From: Hypanus sabinus
Lineage: Eukaryota
DNA length: 64,000 bases
Reading direction: 5' to 3'
Assembly: GCF_030144855.1 (NCBI RefSeq)
Contig: NC_082722.1
Location: 19,406,001-19,470,000, forward strand
Numbering within the stretch: position 1 is the stretch's first letter; each line of letters opens with the position of its first letter. Made by a program: the position numbers and the translations under genes. This document shows positions 61,832-64,000 of this stretch, in pieces. Below the pieces are notes generated by a model. That model worked only from the letters and a program-made list of their open reading frames with translations, ran no database searches and was not told the origin of the DNA.

Positions 61832-63890
61832 AAGCTCGTTGTTGTTCAGTCTTTAAGTCGAATCAGAGTTTTCGTGAACTCATGGACTCCTGCACACCAA
61901 GTCTTCTTGTTGGAAACTGTCTCTCTAAGATCCCCCGACGTCATACACATTGCCTGAGTAATATTATCTATCCATTGTAGCCTCTGCCGTCCTGTCCTTC
62001 TCTTACCTTCTGTTTTACCTACCATGACAGTCGTCTCCAAGGGATCCTGTCTTATCGTGATGTGACCAAAATATTTGAACGGTAGTCTCACAATCAAGCG
62101 TGCTAATGAGCAGTCTGGCTGCATTTCTTCAAGTATTGTCTTGTTGGATCTTCTTGCTGTCCAACGAACTCATCACACCTTCTCCAGCAACCAAGTCAAA
62201 GGCGTCAATTCTTTTGTATTCAGCCTTACTAATAGTCCAGCTCTCACAGCCATTCATCACAACTGGAAATACCATAGACCTGACTATACGGAGCTTCGTA
62301 GAAAATTTTATATCTCAGCTCCTCAGTATTTTACCTAAATGTCATTGCTGTCTTCCTGAGAAGTAAGTGCTGTTTATTTTCATGGTTGCAGTTACCATCT
62401 CTAGAAATCTTTGAACGGGCAAAGACAAAATCCTTCACTTTTTCCAATTGCTTTCCATTTATTACCACGGAACTAATAAGGCTGGTCGACGTAATTTTAG
62501 TTTTCTTCATTTCGAGCGAAAACCAGCTTTTGCACTTCCTTCTTTCACTCTGATTAGAAGCTTCCTCAGATCCTTCTTAATTTCAGTCATTGGAGTAGTA
62601 TCATCTGCATATCTGAGGTTGTTAATATTGAGTCCGGCAATTTTGATTCCAACATTTGAGTCCTCTAGATCAGCATTCCTGATGATGTGTTCAGCATATA
62701 GATTAAATAAGTAGATTGACAAATTGCAGCCTTGTCGTACTCTTCCCAATCTTGAACCAGTTTTTTTTTTTTTTTTTTGCTCCGTATGCAGTCCTCACTA
62801 TTGTTTCTTGATCTTCATATAAATTTCTTATAACGTAGATCAGATATCCAGGTATCCCCATTCCTTTAAAGAATTGCCATATCTTATTATGGTCCACACT
62901 GTCGAAGGCTTTAGAGATAGAAATAGAACATAGATAAGTAATAGTAATAAATAAGTAATTTCCGGAATTCCCTTGATTCTCCATTTTCCAGTGTCTGTTA
63001 GTAATTTAGTGTCTGGTGCCCCTGCCTCTTCTAAAACCAGCTTGTACATCTGACAAATTTCGTTCCATATATTGCTGTCGTCTTGCTTGCATGATCTTTA
63101 GAATTACCTTGCTAGCAAGTGAAATTAGTGAAACTGTCCAGTAATTTAAACATTACTTTACATTTCCATTCTTGGGAATTGGGATGCGAACTGATGTTTT
63201 CACATCTAAAGGCCATTATTGGGATTTAGATGTCTGCTGGAAAATTGCATGCAACACTTTTATGCAACATAACCTTTTAAAGTTTTAAACAATTCAACTG
63301 GAATCCTGTCACATCCTGCATTCTTCTTATTGGCAAAGCTGTCGGTCGCCCATTCGATTTCACTTGATGGCATTCGTCTGTGTTGAATGTCAATGGACTT
63401 TCAGCACTGGAGTGACCTTTCCAGGACACAAGCCTGGGCGGAAGGTATGGGGATCTTCACATCGTCACGATCTTCCTTTCGAGCTAACCGGGCTCACTGT
63501 GCAGTCCAAAGAAACTTGAAATATATGTTGAGCAACAGCTTGATTGCAAGAGCTGCCGGAAGGTTGCTTAGTGAAGTCCAGCCCCCATATGTACTCCACT
63601 TTCGATTTTCTGACTGTGTGTAATCCCGTATGCTTTGTCCCTACCGAGGCTGCCCACAAGGCTGTGGATCTATTTGCCCATAACTGGGGATCTGGTTCTC
63701 GAGCACCTGGCGCGATGAGCCAGCGTACAGGCGCCAGGCCGCCTCCCCATCCTCTGCAGTTTAGCATGTCTCCGAACCGTGTTCAGTTTGCGTATGTCAT
63801 TCGTGAGGTGGTACCACATGAGGCTTGCTAGAGAAAGACTATACCCTCGCAAGGGGAAACCAACGTTTACAACACGACTTGAATAGTATC
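61832..63890 (-). mobile_element. RTE-BovB-like LINE, decayed
   Basis: VRQGCNLS.YLFNLYAEHIIRNA.LE...GIKIAGLNINNLRYADDTT; KAFDSVDHNKIWQ..K.MGIP; YFGHI..RQD.LE...MVGK.EGKRR.GRQR..WID; 3' end ctgaacaacaac on the element strand. Confidence 0.85.
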
Positions 63891-64000
63891 GTCACCGCTC
63901 TTTCTTTAATCCCTCCCGCTCTGTCCCTTCGAAAACAACTGTCCTCGGAATATTGATCTATCTGTCCTGCAACTTCTGTAACGAAGTCTCATTAATGGCT

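Overview
Vertebrate genomic DNA. The repeat families suggest a cartilaginous fish, probably a ray (inference). Most of the window is decayed transposable elements: many CR1 LINEs, two near full-length L1/Tx1-type LINEs, a Rex1/Babar fragment, an RTE-BovB-like LINE, Penelope remnants, Gypsy LTR elements and a solo LTR, a piggyBac remnant, and tRNA-derived SINEs. There are two assembly gaps. One host gene can be rebuilt by eye on the minus strand with canonical, phase-compatible splice sites: leader (29586-29532), germline-joined VJ-type Ig V exon (29332-29027), C1-set exon (26724-26431), TM exon (23212-23108), and short cytoplasmic exons (22470-22427, probably 22288-22211). It is a non-rearranging V(J)-C1-TM immunoglobulin-superfamily receptor with antigen-receptor-like domain architecture. 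Around it are signs of a birth-and-death receptor cluster: a decayed second C1 exon, two old segmental duplications (about 260-3300 vs 4540-18550; 35341-36300 vs 58182-59150), a 651-nt pseudo-exon made of two tandem domain-sized units, and orphan small exons with ITIM/ITSM-like tyrosine motifs (41758-42457). An interstitial (TTAGGG)n tract sits at an inversion/deletion junction inside an L1. No rRNA, genuine tRNA, CRISPR array or RSS-flanked gene segment was seen. TE boundaries are approximate unless a TSD or terminal motif is quoted. No searches were run; all identities come from motif recognition.
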